DNA from: Enoplolaimus lenunculus
Taxonomy: Eukaryota
Length of the DNA: 64,000 nucleotides
Assembly: GCA_030248215.1 (NCBI GenBank)
Contig: JASANG010001013.1
Span: 124,001-188,000, forward strand
Direction of reading: 5' to 3'
Positions 22,728 to 35,131 of the stretch are shown here, piece by piece; positions within the stretch are counted from its first letter, which is position 1, and each line of letters begins with the position of its first letter. The position numbers were made by a program, and so were the translations under genes. The notes beneath the pieces are model-generated. The model was not told where the DNA came from. It did not search any database and saw only the letters and a program-made list of their open reading frames with translations.

Positions 22728-24626
22728 AAACGGTGTCATTCCGTTCGTAGGTCCTCCTACGCCAACCGGAACCACAGTCGTTGCCATAGGAGATCCGACC
22801 CCAACGGTAGAAGTGCCAGCATCTACAGCAGTTGAAGTCGCCACATTTGATGATTTTTGCCTCAAAATGTGCGTTTTAATAAATTGTTCGAGTCGAACAT
22901 TGAATTTCATAACCAAAACGTACGCAGCGTACATAGCTAATAGAATTAGCGCTTCCCACCAAACAATTTGTTGATCCATAAAAAAGATGACAAGAAGAAG
23001 TAAATCGACGATATAAAATGTGACATCGCGAAACATTGGCCACCAAGTAAGTTGGAGGACCCCTTTTGAAAAGAGGGTACACATCGCAATTACAAATAGC
23101 AAATTGAAAGTTGCCGAGCCAACAATTGTACCAATGCCGACGTTTGATTGGGCGACAAATACACCAAGCAAACTAGTAAACAGCTCAGGAGCTGACCCGC
23201 CTGCAGCCATAAACGTAGCCCCTGCTACGTCGTCAGAAATTGCCAACTTTTCAGTTATCACCTCTAGGGATGGAACGAAAAATTCGTCACAAACTATTGC
23301 TAGGGCGACAAACATATATATGAGTCCAATAAAATGTAGTATAACCGCCCCTTGATATCGTCGTTGTTCTAATGTGAATAAATCTTCTGGAAATTCGCTT
23401 GTTGTCTCGTTTTTTAACAGTTTTCGCTTTTTCTTTGTACAATTTTGTTTTTCGGTTGCGCTTGTATCGCTACCAGATTGACGTTTCACCCTCAATCTAG
23501 TTTCGTAATCATGAGATGGACCATCTTCCAACAACACCGATTCTTCGTTAATTGCGTAGTTGTCGTCGATTGGATGGTCGTTATCCCAAGATCGATCATC
23601 ATTTTCTTCTTCGATTCTGATTGGCTGGTTAATCGCATCCCGAAATCGATCATCATTTTCTTCGTCAATTTTGATGGGTTGTTTCCACGTATCCATATAT
23701 CGATCATCAATTTCATTGTCAATTCTGATTGGTTGTTCGAATCCACCACCAGTCAGCTCGTCGATCTTTTTGATGACGTCATAGTTGTAGTTACGATTGT
23801 TGTCGGCCTCTATAACGGAAGACAATGGCTCAGCAATACTTTGACTACTGCCTAATGACTTCGACATGTATTTTCTACGATCGCTGTCTTTGAAGTAGAG
23901 CCTTTGGAACTTTTCCGTGCCGTGATTTTCTCGTTTCAACCTAATTCCCCCGGTAGTTTGAATGATTTCTTCAGTTTTAATTCTAGAATTTGAATCGCTA
24001 AATTGCAGTTGCCTATTGCCTGCGTTGCGTCGAATTGCACCAGGTAACGTTGTCGACGACGACAGTAACGCAACAACACCCAATACAGTCATCACTAGCA
24101 CTTGATACATACGCGATGTACGTTTGCATCGTGCACGTATTGTTGATCGCTTTACGATCGACTGCACTTGTGGCCTAGTGGATTGTATTGGTTGCAGTGA
24201 ATCAGATGATTGTGTCGAATCCACGCAGGATCGATCGCAGCTGGTGTCTTTAAGAAATTCATTTGCAACTTGGGTAGTTCTACAGTTGTCAGGCGATGAA
24301 AGACTTTGATTTCGAGGTTGTACTTCGTCGAGTCGTCGTTGTTGTTGTTGTGGTTGTTGTTGGTGTTGTGGTTTGTGCTGCTGCTGCCGCTGAAAATGAC
24401 CTGTTAGCAGTTGTTGTTGCGCTTGGACTGATGGATGCTGTTCGACCGATTCGTGGCAAAACAAGCTACCATAATCGCTATTTTCCAATGTAAATGATCG
24501 ATCTTGGTCGCAGGCGTTAGAATTATCTTGAAATGGTTGCAGTCCACGTCCCGTGTTGTTGTATGGCACATCGTTTATCGGCCCAGCGGCTGAGTTCGTC
24601 GACATTTGCGTGTCTCGGGTCATCAT
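22728..24626 (-). CDS. NCKX: NCKX/SLC24 exchanger, first coding exon (N-terminus, signal/TM0, extracellular loop, TM1-5 with alpha-1 repeat)
   Basis: 645-aa ORF with '[49 protein letters not shown]...[14 protein letters not shown]' (NCKX alpha-1). First ATG at 24626, in-frame TAG upstream at 24705-24707. Donor TTT|GTAAGT at 22728/22727 (phase 0). Probable acceptor ATTTCAG at 24834-24840. Confidence 0.95.
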
Positions 24627-25168
24627 TGAAAATGTGTCCGATTTCACTTTTGGAACAGGTATAACCCGCTGTATGGTACAATAGGCGCGACCTCCACGAA
24701 TAGACTATGGTAGGATAGTATCCTTGAGGTTATTTTTGACGAATATATACTTAAATTTTAATATTTACATCCACATTTTTATCAGCTTTTTTCTAATATT
24801 TACCGTAGACGGTAAACAAAGAATACTTATATTCTGAAATTCATCAAAAAGGTTTTATATTTTATAACACAAATAATAATATAAATGTCAAATGAAATGA
24901 AAAATAGCAGTATGCTACTTATATTTTCCGGAAACTATTCTTGAATATATTTGGTTAATCTCTTTTGCTAACTAATCGGCTCTGAATACTACGTTCAGCG
25001 TAATCACTGTTTTAGTAAGGATTTTAGTGGCCTATCACATGCATTACAGACCAGTTATTAACCGTTTATCTCATAGAGTAGACTTAAGATTTAGGAAGCG
25101 CACGCCATGAAATCACACGACTCAAAAACGTTTCGAAATTTTTGATTTTAGGCATGCGCTATATTAAT

Positions 25169-25318
25169 CACACGCCACCGGATGCCGCCACACGCCACCG
25201 GATGCCACCACACGCCACCGGATGCCACCACACGCCACCGGATGCCACCACACGCCACCGGATGCCACCACACGCCACCGGATGCCACCACACGCCACCG
25301 GATGCCACCACACGCCAC
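25169..25318. repeat. 20-bp minisatellite CACACGCCACCGGATGCCAC x~7.5 inside a family F element
   Basis: Near-perfect tandem units. Confidence 0.95.
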
Positions 25319-26097
25319 AGGATAGATTTGGCTTATATTTTCGTTAGCAACGCATAGCAGCGTGCGACGGCACGTGTCGGGGTCCGGCACAATAGCGCAA
25401 ACCCTAAAGATTAACGATCTTTACACTAGAAATTCCCGCACTTTACACACAGTTCGTAAAATGTTACATAGCCCTGACCCGTAGCAGAAGGGGATCAGGG
25501 TGGCGTTACCACCGCTGGAAAACCTTTGGCCCTCTTTGGAAAATTTTCAACCTTGCTTATAAGTTTATTGAAGACCGTTGTATGACCGTACGGAAAATTT
25601 CTTAGCACCATCGATCAAGGTGAGCTGGCTACTGGGCTTGAAGTAGGCTGATATAATCAGAATCGCATCAAAATTTAATTAAATACGATTTGCAACTGTG
25701 TTTGCAGGTTACCAGGGGCAGTTCAAAGTCTTTGCTCAAGTAAATTATTAAACAACCGTTTGTATATAAAGTATATTTTTCCAATAACTCAGCAGGATTC
25801 CAAATTTTTGGCGTTTACAAGTATCCATGGAAACATTTGATATTAAAAAAATAAATATTGACATTTTGTTTAAGATTTGTCTGTTATCAGAATTATTTCA
25901 GGGTCGGAAACCAGGATAAATACATAGCTAAAAATACGCGGGTTTGCGCAGTTAAAAGTCAGTGGTTGTGTTAAAAAACGTACCTTTTTTACAACCTTTC
26001 CACCGTATTTTAAGGTTACGACTTAGGCACGCTTTAGGGGTCGGTATACGTGCTCTGCGCAGTAAATATGATGAGTTGACTTTTAACCCATTCGAAC

Positions 26098-26490
26098 TTT
26101 AAGAGCCTCTCCTAGGAGTCGGGCTCTAAGACTCTCCGTCCAGAGTCGGGCTGTAAGAAACTAACCTCAAGTCGCGCTCTAAAAGCCTGTCCCGAAATCG
26201 GGCTCTAAGAATCTAACCTCGAGTCAGGCGCTAAGAGGCTCTTCATAGAGTCGGGCTCTAGGAAACTCACCCGGAAACGTGCTCTAAGAGACTCAGCCTG
26301 GAGTCGGGGTCTAAGAGGCTCACAACGGAGTCGGGCTCTAAGGCACTCACACCGGAGTCGGACTCTAAGGGCCTCTCCCCAAAAGTCCGCTCTAACCCAC
26401 TCACCCTGGAGTCTGGCTCTAAGAGTCTCTCCCCAGAGTCGGGCTCTAAGAGACTCACCGTGGACTCCGACTCTAAGAGCCTCACTCCAG
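26098..26490. repeat. ~30-bp degenerate minisatellite GGAGTCGGGCTCTAAGAGRCTCWCCC x~13
   Basis: GGGCTCTAAG recurs at ~30-bp spacing. Confidence 0.9.
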
Positions 26491-27010
26491 GGTTTCAAAC
26501 AGGCTTGACAGTCGAATTTCACTCGGTTATATGATTGAAGTCTGATTTAACTCAGTTTTGAATCAAATTCCATTCAAAGACAAATCAAATTGATTTCAAC
26601 TCAAGTTAAGATGACACTCACCGGTTCATTTGTAATTTGAACACCAGCGATTGTTCATAAAAGCCTCGAGACTAAATATTAGAAGATTTAGATTCACGTC
26701 TTAGGCATATGTTTTAGCTTAAACATAGTCTTTGACGTTAACGAGCAGATACTTAAAATTAACACGAGTCAAATCGAATATTTCATAAAATCAAAGTTAC
26801 TTTCTCAAAAAACTTTTCTTCCGTTGATTGGTAAATTTTGTATTTTTCAAAATTAATTTCAGTTTGTGAAACTTTGCTTCAAATTGATCAGTTTTAGAAT
26901 GTATGAAAGTTATAATGTTCCAACAATAAAGACGTTCTTATTAGCATTTAAATTAGTTGATTTTTGTTATATGTAGCTTGGTTAAAAATAATTTTTCATT
27001 TAAAAATTTT

Positions 27011-27271
27011 GGCCAATGTAAAGAAAAGGGCGGAACAGTATTATAAGCATATTCCTAAGCCTAAGCCTAAGCCTAAGCCTAAACCTAAGCGTAAGAATGA
27101 GCATATTCTTAAGCCTAAGCGTAAGCCTAAGCCAAAACCTAATCGTAAGAATGAGTTTATTCCTAAGCCTAAGCCAAAGCCAAAAGCCATGCAAAAAATC
27201 AGCCTAAAGCTTAAGCTTACTCTATTGCAGTTTCACAGAAAAACGTTCCGCCCCTGACCTTTACATGATCC
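27011..27271 (-). mobile_element. TTAGGC-array MITE (A1); a partial copy follows at ~27380-27467
   Basis: GGCCAATGTAAAGAAAAGGGGCGGAAC...GTTCCGCCCCTGACCTTTACATGATCC with (GCCTAA)n. Confidence 0.85.
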
Positions 27272-29836
27272 GAGACTTTTAACCATTTCTAAATTTCAGT
27301 TCAGGCATCAACGGTAGAAACACAGCAAGCGATTAAAAATGCAAAGATCGGTTCCTGGCAAAATAATTTTTTCTTAAGCAAACGTTATTTTTTGGCTTAG
27401 GCTTAGGCTTAGCGTAGACTTAGAAATATGCTTATACTGCTGTAACGGTCCTGTTCGATACATTGGCGCACGGTTTAGAAATCTGGCAGCATAAAATAGA
27501 CAAGTAAGGACACAAGTCTAAAAGTCAACAAAACACGTAGAATTCTTTGAAATTTCAAACTTCACCTGAAAAACAATTTTTCAATATATAAAAATATATG
27601 GATATATAATATATAATATATATGTATATATATATGTATATATGTGTATATATGTATATATATAACAGATAGACATCTATATCTTTCGGATAAATTGCTA
27701 AAAATAAAATATCTTAAAATCAAAACAAAATATAAATAAGTATACAAGCTTTATTTCTCATCAAATCACATGACCTTGTTGCCATAAACGAGCACATCAC
27801 TGGCGCAAGAGAGGTGTTAAGCCTACCGCAAGACGGGCCCACCTTTCCACCGTTCCCCCATCTTGTGGAGATAATCCGGGTTTCGAAGTCAGGCGAATTG
27901 TAGAGGAAGTAGACACTGGAACTTTTTGGCCGCAGACCCTGTAACTATTTTAATGATATTGAAATGTAAGCAGTATCAAAGGTGCCGCAAAACTGCTAAC
28001 ATTCTAGGAAATGATAAATAACGATACTCAAATCAAACAAGATATACGTGTATCTGTTGCTAACCACAGTTGGATAAACTGGGCAATTTTTTACATCCAC
28101 GCAGACATAACGTTTACGATCCATTCCCGAGGATCTATGCTTACTAGAGCTAACCGCAGTGGTTACACATTTGAATTAAATCATCGTTAGACAATGTCCA
28201 GTTGAATATTGAATGACAACAAAATTTTGTCAAATTTTGTAAAACTTTTCAACTTCCGTTCAGTTAAATCCAAGTTTGGCCCCGCGACACCGCGAAGACT
28301 CGCTCGCTCGGAACTGGTAGTTTCCTGACCGCTGAAAATATACAAGCTTATTTCGTTTAATCTTCCGGGAACCGTGAAAACTGTTTGATTATTTTTCATG
28401 GTAACGACAGAAAGTCAGATACAGTGAACATACGAAGCCAACGATGCAAAATTTTAATTTTTTCAAATTTCTTTAAATATTATTCCTTAATTTCAAATCA
28501 ATTTTCGTCAAAAATTACTAAAATGTGAACAAAAAAACATTACAGCTTCATAACCATCGACGTCATTTAAACGCACGTGAGCAGACAACTTCAAACAGAC
28601 CGCACAAGGAATTTTGATGACAATTGAAAAACGGGGGTCAAAATATTTCGAGGGAGGAATACGTTTTCCCACGAACGACTGAACCTATTTCCTGTCTGTG
28701 GGTATAAATCAGGACGCAAAACAACCAAACCCGAATGGCGCGACTGATTACTTGGCCAACACTGAACCTAACAGTTTCTATCCAAGCCAATAACCAGCTG
28801 AGTTTGCTAGTGGGGGCTTAAATTGTTTAGGTAGGTCCTGCAAAGATACTAAGAAAGCTTACAAGTGACGTTGAAACGTATTCATTAGAATTTCTCTTTG
28901 TCAGAGGGGCTGATTCTCCTGCCCCCCCGTTTCGCCATCGACCTGTTATTGCTGGAATTGTTGTGTTTAAGCTGATTTTCACACAAAGTCAGTCACGTGT
29001 GACAAACGTGTTTACAAGCTAATATATCGAGTATTGCTTGACTTAATGCTATTTCAAGCGTATCTCAATCAGAACCTAAACACTAAATACTTTGCCAGAT
29101 TTTTACCTACTGCGATTTTCGCAGCTGGCTATCGTTGGTTTATGGTTTGAGGTACGGAGCCAAATTTCTCACACTCACAACGGTTATTGTAAGTCTGGGG
29201 ATTGGTCTTGTAACTTCCGAATCATGACAATCACAGGTTACGTCATTTCATACAGATGTTCGTGCAGATATATTGGTAGCTTCATCAGAAGCTCAGACAA
29301 GGTAAATTGTAAATTTCAGTGAGTTGATTTTAACACAGAATAAGTTGAATCACTCAGTCTAAGTTAAGACTATCAGAACTCAGAATTTTGAGTTGATTCC
29401 ATTCTTTCTGAGTTAATTAATCAACTCACCCAGAGTCAACTCAGCTCAGAGTTCAACTCAAATCAGAGTGAACTAATGTTTACTGATATTAATTCAGAAA
29501 TAACCAACTCGTAAGCTGAATTGATTAATCAACTCATTGGAGTTTACAGTGTAGCTATGACTAAAATGACCCTAAAATTCATTAACTCGTTTTGCAACTG
29601 TTACAAAACGGATTCACTCAAATTACATATAGTTTTTAACGGTCGTATCGCTGACGAAGATTTTTCTTGACTTTAAGACGGAACGATAATGGCTTATCGG
29701 TTCAATCTAGGGATGGACTCAGCTTGTCGGACCCACAGAAATATAACAATTCTACTGGGACTAGTCAATTTTGTATAAATTGAGTCGAATTTCAGATCGC
29801 GTCATGTGCAAATTTTTACAAAACACCGCGTTTGCT

Positions 29837-30090
29837 CACTGTAAATTTCAGTGAGTTGATTTTAACTCGGAATGAGTTGAACCAGTCAGTATGAGTTAGG
29901 ACTAGCAGAACTCAGAATGTTGAGCAAATTCATTTCGTTCTGAATTAATTAATCAACTCACCCAGAGTCAACTCAACTCCGAGTGATAATCAACACAACT
30001 CAGGGTGAGTTAACGTTCGCTGTTATTATAACTCAGAAATAACTAACTTTCCGTCTGAGTTGATTAATTAATTCTTTGGAATTCAAAGTG
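29837..30090. mobile_element. ~250-bp CACTG-ended MITE (family D, CACTA/CMC-like). Other copies at approx. 3262-3500, 29306-29551, 36566-36692, 44685-44934, 60983-61234, 61412-61667
   Basis: CACTGTAAATTTCAGTGAGTTGATT...AATCAACTCA..GAATTTACAGTG termini, many internal GAGTT/AACTC motifs, 2-bp TSDs (CT/CT here, TT/TT at 44685, TA/TA at 61412). Confidence 0.8.
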
Positions 30091-31514
30091 CTGTAAACTT
30101 TCGGTTGTTTAGAACACTTCCAGTTGAAAACCACGCGCTTGAGAGGCGAATTGTTAAAAATGACTGCAACTGAAAACAGATTTCAATTTGCTTGCTGGTT
30201 TGGCTTGGGCTTCACCAAATATTTGGCGACTGAGCTTCAAGTATCAAAAATTTTTCTAACCATTACAATTTAGTAGGTCGTTCTAAATGCACTAAAAGTG
30301 TATATTTTTTCAATTTAAATATTTTATTCATAATATATCCGGATATAAAGTATATCAATGTATTAAAGCTTCAATTTACACTGCAATAAATATATTTATT
30401 TTCTCGCGATTCAGTTCAGCTTTGAGATGAATTAGCGTCAGCGGTTCGATGTACGTTGAAAATTTGAAAATCCGTTGAAAATGATTATCAGCTTCCGTTC
30501 AAAGAAACATTTCAAAACCAAAAGAAATTGATCAACTATTCAAGCATTTTCTTTTAATTTTGTCTAAAAACTATCAGCTCCGAGGGTGGGGGTTGGCATG
30601 TCTGTAAACACGTCACCCTCCTCGCTATTCGTTGTAGTGGCCTTGGTAGTTTCAGTCTATTGGTTGGGTTAAATTTCAACCAATGACGTCATCTGTAGAA
30701 ACCGAGACAATTGTTTAGACTGCGAGCGACTAAAACCTTTTAGATCGGTTCGTGTTTTTTTCTCGTCTAAAAAGTACAATCGTCTATAGATCCTAAAATT
30801 ATAATTTACTAAAATTATAATTTCTCACATTTTGTCAAAGTTGTTTACCATTACAAAAAAACCTGTAAACAAACAGCTTAAAAACGGTACTTTCTCATGA
30901 GAACAGAGGCCATTTTTAGCCAAGCTTACTTGTTAGTGCGATCATATATTTTAGATGGGACATGTGAATGCATTTCACAAACGGATCAAAATCTGTCCAT
31001 GTGGCGAAATTATAGTAACGAGGGGACCGGGTTGAGCCAGGGTCCAGTGGGTCTGTTTGACTGAGGGTACTGCACTGAAAGGTTGAAGTTGGTCCACGAG
31101 TGGTGGGTCCTGAGTAAAATGTTTCCGGCAAAATTAGTAAGGAGGTGAGTGGTTGAGCCAGGGCCCAGGTGTCCTGTTTGACTGAGGGTGCGACACCAAA
31201 AGGTTATATAGGAAAGTTGGTCCATAAGCAGAGAAGTGGTAGGTCCTGAGTAAGATTTTTCTTTAGAAACTTTCTTGCAAGCCATACTAACAATTTTTGC
31301 TTGAGGGACTGAAAATTGATTTGATAAATTTGATTGGCCTGTGGTCACTTTAATGATTCGCGAACGGATGTAAATTTTGTAGGGCGGAGTCTCCGGTATC
31401 TTCGGTGTATACGGTAAAGCTTTAGGAACCAGCGTTTGCATATAATCAGGTACTTAAAATAACACAAAACTGATTAGTGAAACGTTTTCTGAAGACAATT
31501 TTGTTGAATTAACA

Positions 31515-31700
31515 AATATTCGTTTTCATTAGCGGATCCAAAGACGGCGAGGCGGTGTGCAACCCCCTTGTCAAAAATTTTTTGTGTTAAAATGGTAAGG
31601 TCCCTAAAAATATTCGTTTTCATTAGCGGATCCAAAGAGGGCGAGGCGGTGTGCAACCCCGTTGTCAAAAAATTTTTTGTGTTAAAATGGTAAGGTCCCT
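31515..31700. repeat. ~94-bp tandem duplication; a ~120-bp duplication lies at ~31025-31255
   Basis: ATATTCGTTTTCATTAGCGGATCCAAAGA...GTGTTAAAATGGTAAGGTCCCT occurs twice. Confidence 0.85.
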
Positions 31701-32979
31701 CCTGCCTTACAATTTTTCCGTCTGAAAAGTTTTTTGTAAAAAACAACAATTTTTTCTGCAGAATTTTGTTGTGATAAAATGGTAAAGTCTGTCCTGTTTT
31801 ACAATTTTTTGCCCTCAAAAACTTTTGGTGATAAAATGATAAGGTCCCACCCTACTTAACAATTTTTGCGTTACATAACTTTTATCAGGCTGTCTCCACC
31901 GTCAAAAAACTTTTGGATCCGCGTCTGTTCGTTTCCTAATTTTTCCCTGATTTACACTTGTTAAAATGCTCAGCGGTACAAACTTTTAATGTTGGTTTGA
32001 AATTTTAGTATACTAAAATTTATTGAAAAATTTTAAATTTCAGCCAAAATTTGATAACAACAAAACTTGGCTCTAGACACTACTTAATCTAACTTGGTTC
32101 GTAAGCGCGTAGTCAAAATCTTTGACACCCTAATTTGTCAGGTTTTGAAACCTTATTTAGGTCAATAACCGAGTATCCGTTTCCGGTAAAATTGGGCATT
32201 TGTTTGCGGTTTCGTTGGTGTATGTTCCAGTTGTCGTGACAGAATGATAAAATATTGGTGAAACTTTCACACTTGATTATCTGTTTTCCGGTTCCGTTAT
32301 TTCGATCGCTATTCGTTTCTGATATTTTCTACTCTTCGTTCACTTCGTGCTAATCTAATAAGCCGATCGCTTATAAACCCTCATCTAATACCGCGAGCCA
32401 ATGGAATCACAGTTTGCTCGAGTCGCCGTAGGTCTAAAAAAACAAAGTTTGAGTTGACTCATTCAAACTTTTGAAATTGGGACATATATTTCATGCGGCG
32501 AGCGTTTTCCAGCGCTGTGACGAATTTCATTCATATCAAACGCCGTAGTTGGTGTGTTTGAAAACCTATTGCTAACTGATGATAGATGCTACAGCTGTTT
32601 GAGAATACAGTTCTGAATGAATTTTTACCGACTTAGTCATCGAAAACCTTGAGTAGGCTTCCAAGGTTACTTGCACAATCTGTCGTAAAGAAAATTTGGA
32701 TCTTTTCAGTTATCAGCCGCCCAGCCGGCGTTTGCCCAAAAAGGGTTGGATTTTAAAATTGTCGGCATATTTGAGTTTCTCTCGGCCTCCACTGATCATT
32801 CAAGGCCCAAATTTGAATTTTTGAAAACCTAAATCGAACCAAATTTGAATTTTGGAAAACCTAAATCGAACCATTTTTCGGCAAATACCGGCTGATGAGC
32901 GAATAACCGAAAAAACCCTGAAATTTTGGTTTATGTAGAGGTCCAATTGGCGAATGTAAACAACACAGCCTTACCAGTA

Positions 32980-33128
32980 GCATATGGATATTCCTAAGCT
33001 TATACCTAAGCCAAAGTGGAAGAATGAGCTTGCACGTAAACCTAAGCAAAAAATTAGTCTACAGCTGAAGCTAACTCTATTGCAGTCCCACAGTAAAATA
33101 CGTTCCGCCGCTGATATTTACATGGACC
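32980..33128 (-). mobile_element. TTAGGC-array MITE (A1), partial
   Basis: Degenerate GCCTAA units and terminal GTTCCGCCGCTGATATTTACATGGACC. Confidence 0.65.
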
Positions 33129-34973
33129 CAATTGCCAATACGGTATTGTGCCTGATTAATTTTCTGAAATGGTTGTTTTTCGGAATCGTTGTGGAACCAG
33201 AGGCCCGTTTATGGACTCGGCCCTCGGCTTAACGTCCTTAATTGAAAATGGGCGTATATTCAAAGAATTACATATAATATATACGAAAAAATATAACCTG
33301 ATATAAAGGACTAGAAATACTGCGGTACAAATATAAGCTCCAACACTACTACCCAGTTAGAACATGGCCATTGTTAGCAGTAAAAGTTAACCTAAAACGC
33401 ATATTCCTCAAGGTGTTTCCGGTCAAACTAATGGTTAACGGTAAAAAATGGCTCGTTTTTAGTTAGTAATTTTTTCCATAAAAGCGAAGCTTTTTAAAGC
33501 AACTTGGCTCTAAGCGTAGACAGACCTGTTCTTAGAAATCTACTCCAATCGCTTATATGGCGTATTTGACTTTGGAGTATATTGAAATTAATCAGCTGGT
33601 AATCCAAAATGTTTCAAAAAAAAGACTAAATTTAGACGTTTGATTTTTGAGTAAAATGGCCCATAAAATAATGCAAATTATAATTTAAGTAATTTTTTTC
33701 CTAAATTTTTTTTACTTAAAATATGGTTTTACGAATATTACCGATAATTATTTTTAAAATCAGCTGTAAAATGGGATCGGATGGAGAAATTGAACAGATT
33801 TATCACTTTTCTAAATTTCTAAAGAACCGATTTACGATAAGTTGCTTGCTGGATTCTTGGGCCCAGCAAATAAGGATGTATAAATCAGGCTACTGCCCTA
33901 ACGAACATATTGATTGTGCTCATATACAAGAACTAGAAAGCTGAATCGCAACAAGACGTGAATTTAGACCTGTAATGTTACAATTAGCTGTTAGCTTGCA
34001 TTCAAAAATATACTTTGGGTCATCCACGTTATAATGTTTACGCAGATGTAAAAAATTGTACCCCCTTTTCGGATCGCCACCTCTGTTAAGATCCACTTTG
34101 TTCGCGTGATGTTTGTGACCTCAGATCATTTGAAGACCACGAAGACAAACAAAACTCTCTAAAAAGGCATTTTGGTTTGTCACAACACTCACGGTACAGT
34201 GTAAAAAATGGGGAGTCAAATCGACTCTCTCGGAAATAGGATTTTCCTGACTACACAACTGAGTCAAAATTCGAATCAGCCAGAGTCAAATTGGATTCAT
34301 TGAATCGCTGGGTGAGTCGAATTTGACTCTGGTGGAGTTACATTTGACTCAGTTTGTGTAGGCAGGAAAAGCCTATTTCCGAGAGAGTCAATTTGACTCC
34401 CCATTTTTACAGTGTTCAGTGACTGATTTTTGGCATAGTCCGTGGGAACGGACTTCAAAAATGTATTTATTTTAACATGTAAATATGTGTTGAAAATACG
34501 TGTTCGTATTTATTTCGCCTCGAATTCTCCCACGAAACATTTTTGTGCCATACGTCATAGAAATTCATCCCAGCCTATCTTTGTTAACCCCTTTTCGTCT
34601 CTGACGAAAGATGTGATTGCCAGAGCGAGCCCCCATTTTTGAGTTTTATTTTTAAATAAATTCAAAAATATATTTTCAGCGGAAATAAAATATCTCAAAA
34701 TCGGTATTTTATAGAAATTTTCTCATTATAAGCAATAAGTTTATAATTCGTAAATTATAAATGATTTAAACTGCTACGATTTTAGACTCATGGGTATTTT
34801 TTAAGATTTTCAAATTTTGAATGACAACACCATATGAAACATGAATATACAATTTGCTTGTAGAATTTATTTATCTCAGTTAACATATATATTTATATTA
34901 ACTGAAACTGATTTCAAATCAACTATAGAGCCATGGCTCCTATGAAGGGTCCGCTCTTGCGGCGACCTTCACG

Positions 34974-35131
34974 CGGACCCGTAGCCAAGGGAAGCCAAGG
35001 GGCTCAGCCCCCCCGGGAAAAAATTTGCCCCCTAAAAAATTTTCAACCTTGCTTGCCAGTCACTAAAAACCCTTGAATGCCCCTCCTAAAAATTTTCAGC
35101 CCCCTAGCATGGTGAGCTGGCTACGGGTCTA
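34974..35131. mobile_element. ~165-bp hAT-like MITE (family G). Other copies at approx. 5345-5486, 7700-7825, 25475-25640, 38944-39112, 40335-40503, 52641-52799, 53925-54097, 55365-55527, 55750-55920, 59615-60003, 61330-61720
   Basis: C(A/G)GGCCCGTAGCC...GGCTACGGGCCTG termini; core GAAAATTTTCAACCTTGCTTGTAAGTCA; near-8-bp TSDs (TACGGCGT/AACGGCGT, TACATCTA/TACATCAG). Confidence 0.78.

Noticed and set aside
23020..24309. Plus-strand ORFs overlapping the large exon
   Set aside because: Antisense shadows of the NCKX coding frame.
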